64,000 bases of DNA. It comes from Candidatus Aldehydirespiratoraceae bacterium (GTDB lineage Bacteria; Actinomycetota; Acidimicrobiia; Acidimicrobiales; Aldehydirespiratoraceae). The notes under the pieces were generated by a model that searched no databases, was not told the DNA's origin, and saw only the letters and a list, made by a program, of their open reading frames with translations. Each line of letters begins with the position of its first letter. Position 1 is the first letter of the stretch. The translations under genes were made by a program, and so were the position numbers. The stretch is from contig OZ242337.1 in assembly GCA_965208435.1 (NCBI GenBank), positions 2,572,588 to 2,636,587 on the forward strand, given 5' to 3'. Shown piece after piece: positions 25,446 through 35,147 of this stretch.

Positions 25446-27259
25446 CTGAGGACTTCGGTGGTGATGCCCTCGGCGTCTAGACCGAAGCGGGCATGGATGT
25501 CGTTGGGGTCGGCGTGGGGGACGTACTCCACGGGAATACCCAAGACCCGGATGCGGCAAGCAGTGTCGCGGTCGCCCAAGGTGTCACGAACTGCAGCGCC
25601 CGCTCCGCCGACACGCAATCCGTCCTCGACGGTCACAACCACATCGTGCTGCGCGATGTCGTCGATCATCTTCGGATCAAGCGGTACCACCGCTCGAGGA
25701 TCATAGACGGTGGCCTCGATCCCGTTGGCTGCGAGCCCCTCGGCCGCAGCCGTCACCGCACCGAGCATCTGACCGAAGCCGAGCAGCGCGACCCTTCCGT
25801 CGCCGCTGCGGGTCTTGCGAGCGTTGAGGCCCGCTCCGACCTCATGGTCGGCCACATGGGCAGCCGCGCCGCGCGACCAGCGGATCGCCACCGGACCATC
25901 AGTCAGGTCCATGGCGTCGTCCATCATCTGCTGGAGTTCCTGATAGCTCGAAGGTGCCAGCACGGTCATTCCAGGCACCTTCGTGAACAACACCATGTCC
26001 AACAGGCCGTGATGCGATGCGCCGTCAGGGCCAGTGACACCCGCTCGGTCCACACAGAAGACGACGGGTTGGCCATGCAATCCGACATCCAGATTGATCT
26101 GATCGAAAGCCCTGCTCAGAAAGGTCGAATAGACAGCGACCACGGGGCGGAGCCCGCCCATCGCCATGCCTGTCGCGGCAGTCACAGCATGCTGCTCGGC
26201 GATGCCGACGTCAAAGCAGCGGTCTGGAAAACGCTCCCGGAAAGGCAGCAGACCAGTGGAGTCAGGCATCGCCGCGGTAATGGCCACGAGTTCGGGATGC
26301 TGATCGCCGAGCTTCACCAGACTCTCAGCGAACGCCGCGGTGTAGGACCCGTCCTTCACCGAACCTATGTCGTGCATGTTCTTGATGCTGTCGTTCTCGG
26401 CGGGACCATAGCCCCGGCCCTTCTGGGTCAACACATGCACCAGGACCGGCCCGTCGAACTCGGCGGCGTTGTGCAGCGCCTCCTCGAGCGACTCGACGTC
26501 GTGGCCGTCGAAGGGACCGATGTAGCGGACACCGAGGTTCTCGAAGAAGGCGGGCGGCTCCCACATCTCGCGGATCGCGGCTTTCGACATCTTCACGCCG
26601 CGCTTGATCTGCTCACCCACCCAGGGGATCCGTTCGGCGATCTCCTCGACCTTGGCCTGTCGACGCATGTAGATCGGGTTGCTGCGAATCTTGACGAGGC
26701 TCTCGCTCAATCGGGAGACCGTCGGCGCGTAGGAGCGGCCGTTGTCGTTCAACACGATCACCACATCGTGCCCGCTGTGCCCCAGATTGTTGAGACCCTC
26801 GAAAGCCATGCCGCCGGTCATGGCGCCGTCGCCGATGACTGCCACCACCCGTCGGCGCTCATCGTTGGTGTGGAACGCAGTGGCAAGGCCGTGGGCGTAC
26901 GACAGCACCGTCGAGGCATGGCTGTTCTCAATCCAGTCGTGCTCGGACTCCGCTCGCGACGGGTATCCCGAGAGCCCGCCCTCCTTGCGGAGCCGGCCGA
27001 ACTCTGCGAGTCGTCCTGTCAGCATCTTGTGGACGTACGCCTGGTGCCCGGTGTCCCAGAGGATCGCGTCGTGAGGGGAGCGGAACACGCGGTGCAGCGC
27101 AACGGTCAGTTCCACCGCGCCGAGGTTGGAACCCAAATGGCCACTGTGCTCGTTGACCGCCGCGATGACCTCCTCGCGGATCTGCTCGCAGAGATCATCG
27201 AGTTCATCGAAGCTGCGGCCCTGCAGGTCAATTGGGTCCTGGATGGCATCGAGGCGCAT
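25436..27259 (-). CDS. dxs: 1-deoxy-D-xylulose-5-phosphate synthase
   Basis: It has DTGHQAYVHKMLTGR and the ThDP motif GDGAMTGGMAFEGLNN. The start is chosen at MRLDAIQDPIDLQ, although the ORF extends further upstream to 27415. Confidence 0.95.
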   Translation of the reverse strand: MRLDAIQDPIDLQGRSFDELDDLCEQIREEVIAAVNEHSGHLGSNLGAVELTVALHRVFRSPHDAILWDTGHQAYVHKMLTGRLAEFGRLRKEGGLSGYPSRAESEHDWIENSHASTVLSYAHGLATAFHTNDERRRVVAVIGDGAMTGGMAFEGLNNLGHSGHDVVIVLNDNGRSYAPTVSRLSESLVKIRSNPIYMRRQAKVEEIAERIPWVGEQIKRGVKMSKAAIREMWEPPAFFENLGVRYIGPFDGHDVESLEEALHNAAEFDGPVLVHVLTQKGRGYGPAENDSIKNMHDIGSVKDGSYTAAFAESLVKLGDQHPELVAITAAMPDSTGLLPFRERFPDRCFDVGIAEQHAVTAATGMAMGGLRPVVAVYSTFLSRAFDQINLDVGLHGQPVVFCVDRAGVTGPDGASHHGLLDMVLFTKVPGMTVLAPSSYQELQQMMDDAMDLTDGPVAIRWSRGAAAHVADHEVGAGLNARKTRSGDGRVALLGFGQMLGAVTAAAEGLAANGIEATVYDPRAVVPLDPKMIDDIAQHDVVVTVEDGLRVGGAGAAVRDTLGDRDTACRIRVLGIPVEYVPHADPNDIHARFGLDAEGITTEVLSYV

Positions 27260-27438
27260 GAGTGTCCTGTCGCGGCGTTGGGGGTAAGGAATCTTAGCCA
27301 TTTCGTCCGACACTTGTGTTCGCTGCGCCGACCGGCTCTTCTTGATTAGATCGCCTCTTAATGACTTTGGTGATACGGTGTCGTCCGTAAGCCACTTCCC
27401 CCCTGAATCAATCACTACGAATGGAATGAGAGACCAAA

Positions 27439-27921
27439 GTGGCTCTGACAGAACATCAGCGAACCGAGATCTACAGCAACCTTTGCGACACGGTAGGTCA
27501 ACCCCAAGCGGAGTATCTCATGGCACAGCAACCCCCTGGAGGATGGGAGCAGCTCGCCACCAAACGCGACCTCGCAGACCTGGAGACCAGAACACAGGCC
27601 TCGCTCGTCGAAATGCAGTTCGCCACCAAACGCGACCTCGCAGACCTGGAGACCAGAACACAGGCCTCGCTCCTTGAACTCAAGTCTTCGCTCGTCGAGA
27701 CACAGTCTTCGGTTGTCGCACTCGAAGCCAAGACGGATGTCCAGTTCTCGGAACTCCGCGGACAGCTCGCTATGCAGTTCGCGGCGGTTGACACCCGGTT
27801 TGGGGAGTTGTCGGGACAACGCGCCAGAGATGTTTGGGCGTTCGCCGCAGCAATGACGGTGATGACCGTCTCTGTCTGCTGCTCAATCTTCGTGGCTGTC
27901 TGGCAACTGGCGCCGTCCTGA
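27439..27921 (+). CDS. DUF1640-like tail-anchored coiled-coil protein (paralog 3)
   Basis: The N-terminal GQPQAEYLMAQ...LATKRDLADLETR matches the DUF1640 pattern. It has a 66-nt internal duplication and a C-terminal TM helix. Confidence 0.7.
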   Translation: MALTEHQRTEIYSNLCDTVGQPQAEYLMAQQPPGGWEQLATKRDLADLETRTQASLVEMQFATKRDLADLETRTQASLLELKSSLVETQSSVVALEAKTDVQFSELRGQLAMQFAAVDTRFGELSGQRARDVWAFAAAMTVMTVSVCCSIFVAVWQLAPS

Positions 27922-27948
27922 ACGACCCGTCGACAGACCTGGGTTCCG

Positions 27949-28043
27949 CTTAGAGGCCGAGCGGATTGATCCCGCACACGGCCGCGACCGAACGAGGCCG
28001 TGGCCCGAGCGGCCCGTGAACGCAGCGAACATGAGCGGGAGAC
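27949..28043. repeat. intergenic repeat family copy (reverse orientation, with internal deletion)
   Basis: The reverse complement aligns with the units at 49631 and 49786 (tgtctcccgctc.tgttcgctgcg.tcacgggccgctcgggccacggcctcgttcggtcgcggccgtgtgcgggatcaatccgctcggcctc). Confidence 0.8.
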
Positions 28044-28090
28044 AACAGGCCTCGGCGCACCCACAATGTGCAATCCGCGCACGTTCTTAG

Positions 28091-29713
28091 CCTGAATCCA
28101 CCGATTCGGTGTTGGTGGGTGGGGTGGTTGGTGGGCGGGTGTCGGGTTGGGTGTTTGGGACTGGGTTTGGTGTGTTGGGGCGTGTTGGGGCGTGTTGGGT
28201 TCAGGGTTCAGGGGTTGGGTTGGGTTGGTGGCGCTGGGTGTGTGCTGGAGGGTGCCGGGTTCCTTTGGGTGGTGGGGGTTAGCCGGAGGGTCCGGGCAGG
28301 TTTCGTAGTTTGGTGAGTGTGTTGGTGAATTGGGTTTGCCATCGCCAGCGGGTGGGGTATCGCAGGGTGTGTGTGCCGGATCGGTTGACGAGCACGGCGG
28401 GCAGCGCGGTGAGGCGGGTGCGGCGGGTTTGGTTGGTGGCTGGTGTGGTGTTGGTGAGGATGGCGGTCCAGTGGCCGATGTTGTGGGCGAGCACGGCGCA
28501 GGCGAGCCATGCACAGTTGGCTGGGTAGTGCCCGGAGGGGATGTGGTTGAGTCCGGAGCCTTCTTTGAGGTCGCGGATGGCGAGCTCGACGACTGCGTGG
28601 TTGCGGTGGAATTGGTCTGCTGTGACGGTGCTGAGGTCGTTTCTGTTGGTGATGAAGGCGTGGTAGCGCCAGTTGGGCCAGAGCCGTTGCTGGGCGCGGT
28701 CGGTGAGGCGGGTGCGGCGCACCACGAGGCGCACGGTGCGGCGTTGTTTGCCGCGGCCGGTGGTATAGAGGGTTTCGGCGACTTGGGCGTGGCCCCCTTT
28801 GGGGTAGTCGATGTCAACCCAGGCTTTGTCGCCGATCGTCTCGATAGCGGCGCGGACAGCAGAGTTCAGCGACACGGTGATCGACCATTTCACGTCAACA
28901 GTGTTGAGACGGTCGATCAGCCCCCAGGACCAGAACCCCGAATCGGCGCGTATCGTGACCGGCCCGGCAGCACCCGCGCGTTTGAGGTTGGCTATGAGCT
29001 CATCGACGAAGCGCAGCACACCACGCGATGAGTGAGCGGAGCCTTTGCGCATCCGCGCTCCGAGCACCTCAGAGGTGCCCGCACGCACAGCCAGCAGCGG
29101 GTGATAGCCCAACACTTTGGTGTAGGCGTAGGAGGCGCCGTGCTTGAGTTTGCCGTGCACCTCACAGACCGTGGAGTCCAGATCCACCACCAACGGCGAA
29201 GAGCCCGGGCCTGCGCCGAGTTGCCAGGCCCGCGCCAAAACCCGCGAGGCCACCGCTTCGAGCTGGCGGACGTGACCGAACGTGAAGGTCCGCAGAAACG
29301 TTCCCACCGTCGACGGCGCCGCGGGGGCAAACCCCAACACGCTGCCAGTGCGCCCGGCGCGCAGCATGTCGACATGATCAATATGGGTGCCACCCGCCAG
29401 CATCGCTGCGACCACCGTCAAAACCTTGCGGTCCGGGTTCGGCGAACCAGTGTCCACCCACCGTTTGATCAACCCCGACAGACCCAAACGAGCGAACAAC
29501 GTCGCAGCCAGAACCAGGCCCGCGTTCGCTACCAGGCCCTCATGATCAAACGTTGTTGCCAACCGGTCCAACCCGCGCGATGATACAGACACGAAAAGTG
29601 CCTCCTGTTTTTGTGACGAAAGTGACTTTTAGTCATCACAATCATCGCAGACCAGGAGGCCTTTTCCGCGGACGCGAACACACCAACAACCCAACCCCAC
29701 CGGTGGATCCAGG
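28091..29713 (-). mobile_element. IS1380-family insertion sequence (1623 bp)
   Basis: The terminal inverted repeats are cctgaatccaccg (28091) and cggtggatccagg (29701-29713), matching at 12 of 13 positions. They are flanked by the direct repeat cttag (28086-28090 and 29714-29718). There is a single transposase ORF plus a roughly 190-nt G/T-rich (C/A-rich on the coding strand) tail. Confidence 0.85.
28279..29592 (-). CDS. IS1380-family DDE transposase
   Basis: 437 aa with a GTG start. The N-terminal ...HEGLVANAGLVLAATLFARLGL... and the overall size fit IS1380-type transposases. Confidence 0.8.
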   Translation of the reverse strand: MSVSSRGLDRLATTFDHEGLVANAGLVLAATLFARLGLSGLIKRWVDTGSPNPDRKVLTVVAAMLAGGTHIDHVDMLRAGRTGSVLGFAPAAPSTVGTFLRTFTFGHVRQLEAVASRVLARAWQLGAGPGSSPLVVDLDSTVCEVHGKLKHGASYAYTKVLGYHPLLAVRAGTSEVLGARMRKGSAHSSRGVLRFVDELIANLKRAGAAGPVTIRADSGFWSWGLIDRLNTVDVKWSITVSLNSAVRAAIETIGDKAWVDIDYPKGGHAQVAETLYTTGRGKQRRTVRLVVRRTRLTDRAQQRLWPNWRYHAFITNRNDLSTVTADQFHRNHAVVELAIRDLKEGSGLNHIPSGHYPANCAWLACAVLAHNIGHWTAILTNTTPATNQTRRTRLTALPAVLVNRSGTHTLRYPTRWRWQTQFTNTLTKLRNLPGPSG

Positions 29714-29765
29714 CTTAGACCCCAGCCGGCGACGGGTACGCCGACAACCCGCCGTCCCCAGCGAT

Positions 29766-30608
29766 TCAAGCGGCACTTGTGGAACGAGGCAGGCGAACCC
29801 CGCCAGGCAGGTACTGGGAGAGTCTCGGGGCCAACAGCATTCCCAGACCGACAGACACGAGCCCTCCGACGGCATCGATCCAGTAATGGTTGGCTGTGAC
29901 CACGATCGAAAATAGAGTCAGCAGGGGATAGGAGGCGATGGCGACTCGTGTCGAGCGGCGCTTCAGCACCGGATACAGGCCGATCATGCACCACACCGCC
30001 CAGGCCACGTGCAGGCTGGGCATGGCCGCGTACTGGTTCGAGATCGTCTCCATGGTCCCGGACTCGAAAGACCACAGGCCGCCAGGATCGACCAGCGTGT
30101 CGACATAGTCGTGGCCCGGCTCGCAGGCCCCGTACTGCGAGGCACAGTTCGACAGCAGACGAGGCGGCATCAGCGGGTACAGGGCGAAGCCGATCAGCGC
30201 CGATGCCGTGGTGACCGCCAGCATCGAACGCATCAGGATGTAACGCGCCGGAAAACGGACGAACAGGTACACCATCACGAAGATGGTGACGATGAAATGG
30301 AACGACCCGTAGAACACGTTCCAGAACACGATGAACCAATCCCAGTCCAGGAACTGCTGCTGCGTCCACTCCTCGATGTAGAGCCCTACCGCCTCCTCGA
30401 GGCTGATGACGTCCAGAGCGTTCTCGTAGGACTTGCGCCTGACACTGTCGCCGAGCGCGGAGCCGAACTGGTTCCTGATCGCCGAATAGACGACGTAGAA
30501 CCCCAGCGTCATGGCGGCTTCGATCCACCACTTCAACACCGGAGGTGGGGAGGGGTCGGTGCCTACGCTGCTGTCGGGGCCTGCTTCGACGCGCATTGGC
30601 GGTACCAT
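29766..30608 (-). CDS. PAP2-superfamily membrane protein (PAP2_3 / IPC-synthase-like)
   Basis: Multi-TM protein with MPSLHVAWAVW and TANHYWIDAVGG motifs. Confidence 0.8.
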   Translation of the reverse strand: MVPPMRVEAGPDSSVGTDPSPPPVLKWWIEAAMTLGFYVVYSAIRNQFGSALGDSVRRKSYENALDVISLEEAVGLYIEEWTQQQFLDWDWFIVFWNVFYGSFHFIVTIFVMVYLFVRFPARYILMRSMLAVTTASALIGFALYPLMPPRLLSNCASQYGACEPGHDYVDTLVDPGGLWSFESGTMETISNQYAAMPSLHVAWAVWCMIGLYPVLKRRSTRVAIASYPLLTLFSIVVTANHYWIDAVGGLVSVGLGMLLAPRLSQYLPGGVRLPRSTSAA

Positions 30609-30637
30609 AGCGACCTCTTGACCTTGGAGTTGCCACC

Positions 30638-32029
30638 GTGCTTGACCATGAGTTGATCAACCGCACCCTCAGCACCGCGCTGAGCACCGGCGCGGAGTTT
30701 GCGGAAGTGTTCGTAGAAGACAAGAAGTCGTCGTCGGCAATGCTCGACGACGGACGCGTCGAGGAATTGACCAGCGGGCGCGATCGGGGTGCCGGCATTC
30801 GTGTGGTCGTGGGAGACACCACCGGTTTCGCCCACACCGCCGACCTCTCGGGAGCCGGACTCGCCGCCGCTGCCGAGGTAGCCGCAGCCGCGGCCAGAGG
30901 CGGTGGGGGCGGAACCCGCACGGTCCCGGTGGGTGCGAGCGGCACCGCGGCCGGCACTGCCGCCAAGGTCCTCCCCGAAGATGTCGCCAAGTCCACCAAG
31001 GTCGAGCTGTTGGCGCGCGCCGACGCCGCGGCGCGCTCGGTCGGGTCGCAGATCTCGCAGGTGTCGGCCCGCTACGGAGACAGTCGCCGACGGATTCTCG
31101 TGGCCAACAGCGACGGACTGCTCGCAACCGACGACCAGATCCGCACCCTGTTCTCAGTCTCATGCGTGGCGACGGGGGACACAGGCCTGCAGACCGGACG
31201 CGAGTCGGTCGGACGCACCATCGGCTTCGAACTGTTCGACGAGACCGACGTGACCGAGATGGCCCAGCGTGCAGCAAACCGTGCGATCACCAAGCTGGCC
31301 GCCCGCCCGGCGCCCTCGGGGACGATGCCGGTGGTGGTCGGACCCGGCGGCGGGGGAGTGCTGTTCCATGAAGCGTGCGGCCACGGGCTGGAAGCCGACC
31401 TGGTGGCCAAGTCGGCGAGCGTCTTCGCCGGCCGTGTCGGAGAGGAGGTGGCCACGCCGCTCGTGACCCTCATCGACGACGGCACCATGGCAGGAGAGTG
31501 GGGGCATTTCGCAATCGACGACGAGGGGCGCGGGGCCGCGCACAACGTCCTGATCGATCGTGGAGTGCTCACCGACTACATGTGGGACCATCTGCGTGCC
31601 CGCAAAGAGGGCCGGCCGAGCTCGGGCAACGGCCGACGCCAGAGCTACCAGCACCTGCCGATGGTGCGCATGACCAACACCTACATCAGCAACGGCGAAG
31701 ACGACCCCGACGACATCGTCTCCGCAACGCCCTCGGGCGTGTACGTCGCCCAGCTCGGCGGCGGGCAGGTCAACACCGCGACCGGCGACTTCGTGTTCGG
31801 CATGACCGAGGCGTACCTGATCGAGAACGGCGAGATCACCGACCCGATACGGCAGGGCAACCTCATCGGCAACGGGCCCGAAGTCCTCAAGCTCATCGAC
31901 GCGGTGGGCAACGACTTCGCGATGGGGTCACCGGGAACGTGCGGCAAGGACGGTCAGGGAGTGCCGGTCGGCGACGGAACCCCGACACTGCGGGTGAAGG
32001 CCCTCACCATCGGCGGCATCGCGGCCTGA
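30638..32029 (+). CDS. tldD: TldD-family metalloprotease
   Basis: 463 aa with the HEACGHGLE motif and a GTG start. Confidence 0.9.
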   Translation: MLDHELINRTLSTALSTGAEFAEVFVEDKKSSSAMLDDGRVEELTSGRDRGAGIRVVVGDTTGFAHTADLSGAGLAAAAEVAAAAARGGGGGTRTVPVGASGTAAGTAAKVLPEDVAKSTKVELLARADAAARSVGSQISQVSARYGDSRRRILVANSDGLLATDDQIRTLFSVSCVATGDTGLQTGRESVGRTIGFELFDETDVTEMAQRAANRAITKLAARPAPSGTMPVVVGPGGGGVLFHEACGHGLEADLVAKSASVFAGRVGEEVATPLVTLIDDGTMAGEWGHFAIDDEGRGAAHNVLIDRGVLTDYMWDHLRARKEGRPSSGNGRRQSYQHLPMVRMTNTYISNGEDDPDDIVSATPSGVYVAQLGGGQVNTATGDFVFGMTEAYLIENGEITDPIRQGNLIGNGPEVLKLIDAVGNDFAMGSPGTCGKDGQGVPVGDGTPTLRVKALTIGGIAA

Positions 32030-32038
32030 GGCGCAGTC

Positions 32039-33406
32039 ATGGCCGCAACGAACGGGTCGACCGGCACTGAACTGCTAGACATCGCCACGCGGGTCGCGGG
32101 CTGGGCAGATGAAGGCGAACAGGTGGAAGTCTTCGTCGCCGAGGAGCTCGAGACTGAGGTGCGGGCCTATCAGGGCGCAGTCGAATCGTTCACCTCGGCG
32201 CGAAGCCAGGGGATCGGAGTACGGGTCGTGGCCGACCGGCGCCAGGGATACGCCTATGCAGGAACGCTCGACCCTTCAGCGCTCTTTGAGACGCTGCAGG
32301 AGGCGCGTGACAATGCTGCTTTCGCCGAACCCGACGAATTCAACGGTGTGGCCGAACCCGACGGAGTGCCCCCGGTGGAATTCGACCTGTTCGACCCGTC
32401 GCTGAACGGCTTCTCGACCGACGACAAGGTCGCGCTCGCCGTGGAGCTCGAGCGCGCCACGCTCGCATCCGACGAGCGGATATCGGGGATCGAGTCAGCT
32501 GAATACGTCGACACCCGTTTCGAGTCGGCGGTCGCCACCTCCACCGGGATCGCCAGCGCCGGCCGTGAGACGGGCTGCTACCTGGCCACCTATGCAATGG
32601 CAGAGGCGGACGGCGAGACGCAGACGGGGTTCGGGTACTCGATCGGACGGGGACCCGCAGTCCTAGACGTGGACCTCGCTGCTTCGCAGGCCGCGGAGCG
32701 CGCCACCCGGCTGCTGGGAGCTGTGAAACCACCGACAAGCAAGCTCACCGTGGTCCTCGATCCGTGGGTGACCGCGCAGGTGCTCGGAATCATCGGTGGG
32801 ACGCTCAGCGGCGACGCCGTGCAGCGGGGCCGCTCATTCTTCGCTGACCGGATCGGCGAGCAGGTCGCTGTGGCCGACTTCTGCCTGCTCGACGACGCCA
32901 CCAACATTGAGGCGTTCACCGCTTCGGCAGTCGACGGGGAGGGACTGGCCACCCGCCCGACTTCGTTGATCGACTCCGGGGTGCTGCAGGGATTCCTGCA
33001 CAACTCCTACACCGCCCGGCGCGGAGCAACATCGTCGACAGGTTCAGCGGTACGTGCCGGATTCAAGGGCGCTCCCGGTGTCGGGTCCCAGGCGTTGGCA
33101 CTCCGTGCAGGGACCCGAACCCCCGAGGAGATGATCGTCGCCATCGACGACGGACTCCTGGTACAGGGCGTGGCGGGACTGCACTCTGGGGTCAATCCCG
33201 TCTCCGGTGACTTCTCCACCGGGGCGGAGGGGCTGCGCATCCGTGACGGCGCTCTGGCCGAACCCGTGCGCGAGATCACCATCGCCTCGACTCTGCAGCG
33301 GATACTCCTCGATATCACCGAGATCGGCAACGATCTGCAATGGCTTCCCATGAGCGCTGCCGGCGTCTCGCTGGTGGTATCCGACGTGATGATGTCGGGC
33401 GCTTGA
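32039..33406 (+). CDS. pmbA: PmbA/TldE-family protein
   Basis: 455 aa, adjacent to tldD, with the typical PmbA_TldD C-terminal region (GDFSTGAEGLRIRDG). Confidence 0.85.
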   Translation: MAATNGSTGTELLDIATRVAGWADEGEQVEVFVAEELETEVRAYQGAVESFTSARSQGIGVRVVADRRQGYAYAGTLDPSALFETLQEARDNAAFAEPDEFNGVAEPDGVPPVEFDLFDPSLNGFSTDDKVALAVELERATLASDERISGIESAEYVDTRFESAVATSTGIASAGRETGCYLATYAMAEADGETQTGFGYSIGRGPAVLDVDLAASQAAERATRLLGAVKPPTSKLTVVLDPWVTAQVLGIIGGTLSGDAVQRGRSFFADRIGEQVAVADFCLLDDATNIEAFTASAVDGEGLATRPTSLIDSGVLQGFLHNSYTARRGATSSTGSAVRAGFKGAPGVGSQALALRAGTRTPEEMIVAIDDGLLVQGVAGLHSGVNPVSGDFSTGAEGLRIRDGALAEPVREITIASTLQRILLDITEIGNDLQWLPMSAAGVSLVVSDVMMSGA

Positions 33407-33418
33407 GCAGGTGAGGCG

Positions 33419-34228
33419 ATGTCGACCCTGCAGGCCATCGTCCTCGGCATTGTGCAGGGGTTGTCCGAGTTCTTCCCGATCTCATCGAGCGCGCATCTGG
33501 AGCTGACCCGCTGGTTGTTCGGATGGGAGCAGCTCAGCGGTGAACTGGAGACGTCCTTCGACGTTGCGGTGCACCTCGGAACGCTCGTCGGTGCGATCGC
33601 CTGTCTCCGCGCCGACGTCGCTCGGTACGCGGTCGCCGCCTCGGCTCCGCTGCGGCGCCGCCAGTTGACCAACGACGGCCGGATCGGCTGGTTCCTGGTG
33701 GTCTCTGCGGTGCCGGCGGGGTTGGTCGGGGTGGCTCTCGCCGATCAGATCAACGACTTCGATCAGATAGCTGTCATCGCCGTGATGTTGATTGTGTTCG
33801 GCCTGCTGTTGCTGCTTGCGGACCGGATGCCGGAACGGCGCGCCCAAGACGAGTTCACCCTCCGTGATGCGCTGCTGATGGGTCTGGGCCAGGCGTTGGC
33901 GCTGCAGCCGGGAGTCTCCCGTTCGGGAGCGACGCTGACCGTCTCTCGCCTGCTCGGTTTCAATCGGGAGGCCGCGGCCCGCCTGGTCTTCTTGATGAGC
34001 CTTCCGGTCATTGCCGGAGCGGGCGTGTTCACGCTGTTGGACAGCGGCGTCCCGTCGTCATTCTGGTCACCGTTCCTGTGGGGCGCGGCAACCTCAGCGG
34101 TGACTGGATGGGTGGCGGTTCGGGGAACGCTGCGGTTGGTGCGAAGCAGTACCTTCACGCCGTTCGTCTGGTACCGGGTGATGGTCGGACTGGGCGTGCT
34201 TGCCGTCCTCGCCACCAACTGGCGCTGA
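33419..34228 (+). CDS. uppP: undecaprenyl-diphosphate phosphatase
   Basis: It has the VQGLSEFFPISSSAHL motif, PGVSRSGATL and 7-8 TM segments. Confidence 0.9.
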   Translation: MSTLQAIVLGIVQGLSEFFPISSSAHLELTRWLFGWEQLSGELETSFDVAVHLGTLVGAIACLRADVARYAVAASAPLRRRQLTNDGRIGWFLVVSAVPAGLVGVALADQINDFDQIAVIAVMLIVFGLLLLLADRMPERRAQDEFTLRDALLMGLGQALALQPGVSRSGATLTVSRLLGFNREAAARLVFLMSLPVIAGAGVFTLLDSGVPSSFWSPFLWGAATSAVTGWVAVRGTLRLVRSSTFTPFVWYRVMVGLGVLAVLATNWR

Positions 34229-34456
34229 CCGGCCGGCGCTGACCGGCTGGCGCTGACTTGCCGTCCTCGCCACCAACTGGCGCTGACCGGCCGGCGCTGA
34301 CCGGCTGGCGCTGACTTGCCGTCCTCGCCACCAACTGGCGCTGACCGGCCGGCGCTGACCGGCTGGCGCTGACCGGCTGGCGCTGACCGGCTGGCGCTGA
34401 CCGGCTGGCGCTGACCGGCTGGCGCTGACCGGCTGGCGCTGACCGGCTGGCGCTAA
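34199..34456. repeat. nested tandem repeat: 58-bp unit x3 containing and followed by 14-bp unit (ccggctggcgctga) x8
   Basis: The 58-mers start at 34199, 34257 and 34315, and the 14-mers run 34345-34456. The first unit is the last 9 codons plus the TGA of uppP. The last 14-mer (..gctaa) contains the stop of the convergent gene. Confidence 0.95.
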
Positions 34457-35103
34457 CCGACGAGCACCGGCACCACGCCGCCGACCGTCAACGACTGGAT
34501 CACCGCTTGGATCTGGTGTTCTGCGACCGCCACGGTCACGAAACCCTCGTCGACCTCGAGCACTGCGGCGTCGGTGGCCAGCCGGGCGCCGTCGATGAGG
34601 CCGTACAGGTCGACCAGGTCACCCGGAATCAACGGCGTCTTCTCGGTGGTGATGGTCAGCGCAGCCGACGCCTCCCCGAGTTGGGCGGCCAAGAACCCCG
34701 ACGCCGTGGCTAGGCGCCCGTCGCGAACGATCTCGCCGGTGGCCATGGAGTCCCGAAGGGTCAGACCGAACGGGTCGCCGAGGGTTGCGTCGCGGGGCGT
34801 GCCCGCAGACGGGAGCCGGGCGGTGGCGAGATCGTCGGCGCGCAGGGTGGTGCCGGCCTCAAGGTCTCTGGTGGCGACCCAACCGACTGTCTCGGTCTGC
34901 CACTGTTCGCGGGCGGTCGTGGCATCGTCGTAGATCCCGACGAGCCAAAACCCCAGACCTAACCCGACGACCGCGGTCAGAATCAGCCTCGGCCAGCGAC
35001 TTCGGCGGATTGTCGCCCGAGCACCAGTGATGGTGGCCCACGCCGTTGATATTGGAGACCGCTGCAACTCGAACATGGTCGCCCCCTTGCCGAGGCTCGA
35101 CAT
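34453..35103 (-). CDS. SAF-domain / CpaB-like membrane-anchored protein
   Basis: It has an N-terminal TM helix followed by VGWVATRDLEAGTTLRADDL, a SAF-like segment. The start may instead be MFELQRS at 35076. Confidence 0.55.
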   Translation of the reverse strand: MSSLGKGATMFELQRSPISTAWATITGARATIRRSRWPRLILTAVVGLGLGFWLVGIYDDATTAREQWQTETVGWVATRDLEAGTTLRADDLATARLPSAGTPRDATLGDPFGLTLRDSMATGEIVRDGRLATASGFLAAQLGEASAALTITTEKTPLIPGDLVDLYGLIDGARLATDAAVLEVDEGFVTVAVAEHQIQAVIQSLTVGGVVPVLVG

Positions 35104-35147
35104 CGTCTGGGGGAAGCTCCGCCGGGGGAATCGGCGTTGGGGAAGTG

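Noticed and set aside
27498-28817. 439-aa Pro/Thr-rich ORF on the minus strand.
   Set aside because: It runs across the DUF1640-like gene, the intergenic repeat, the IS boundary and the C/A-rich IS tail. It is an artefact of stop-poor sequence.
29629-30999. 456-aa minus-strand ORF spanning the PAP2 gene and the tldD start.
   Set aside because: It is out of frame with the well-supported PAP2 ORF (29766..30608) and antisense to tldD, and its composition is Arg/Pro-rich.
34199-34456. Tandem repeat array considered as a CRISPR.
   Set aside because: The units are directly adjacent with no unique spacers, the periods are 14 and 58 bp, and the array derives from the uppP 3' end. It is not a CRISPR.
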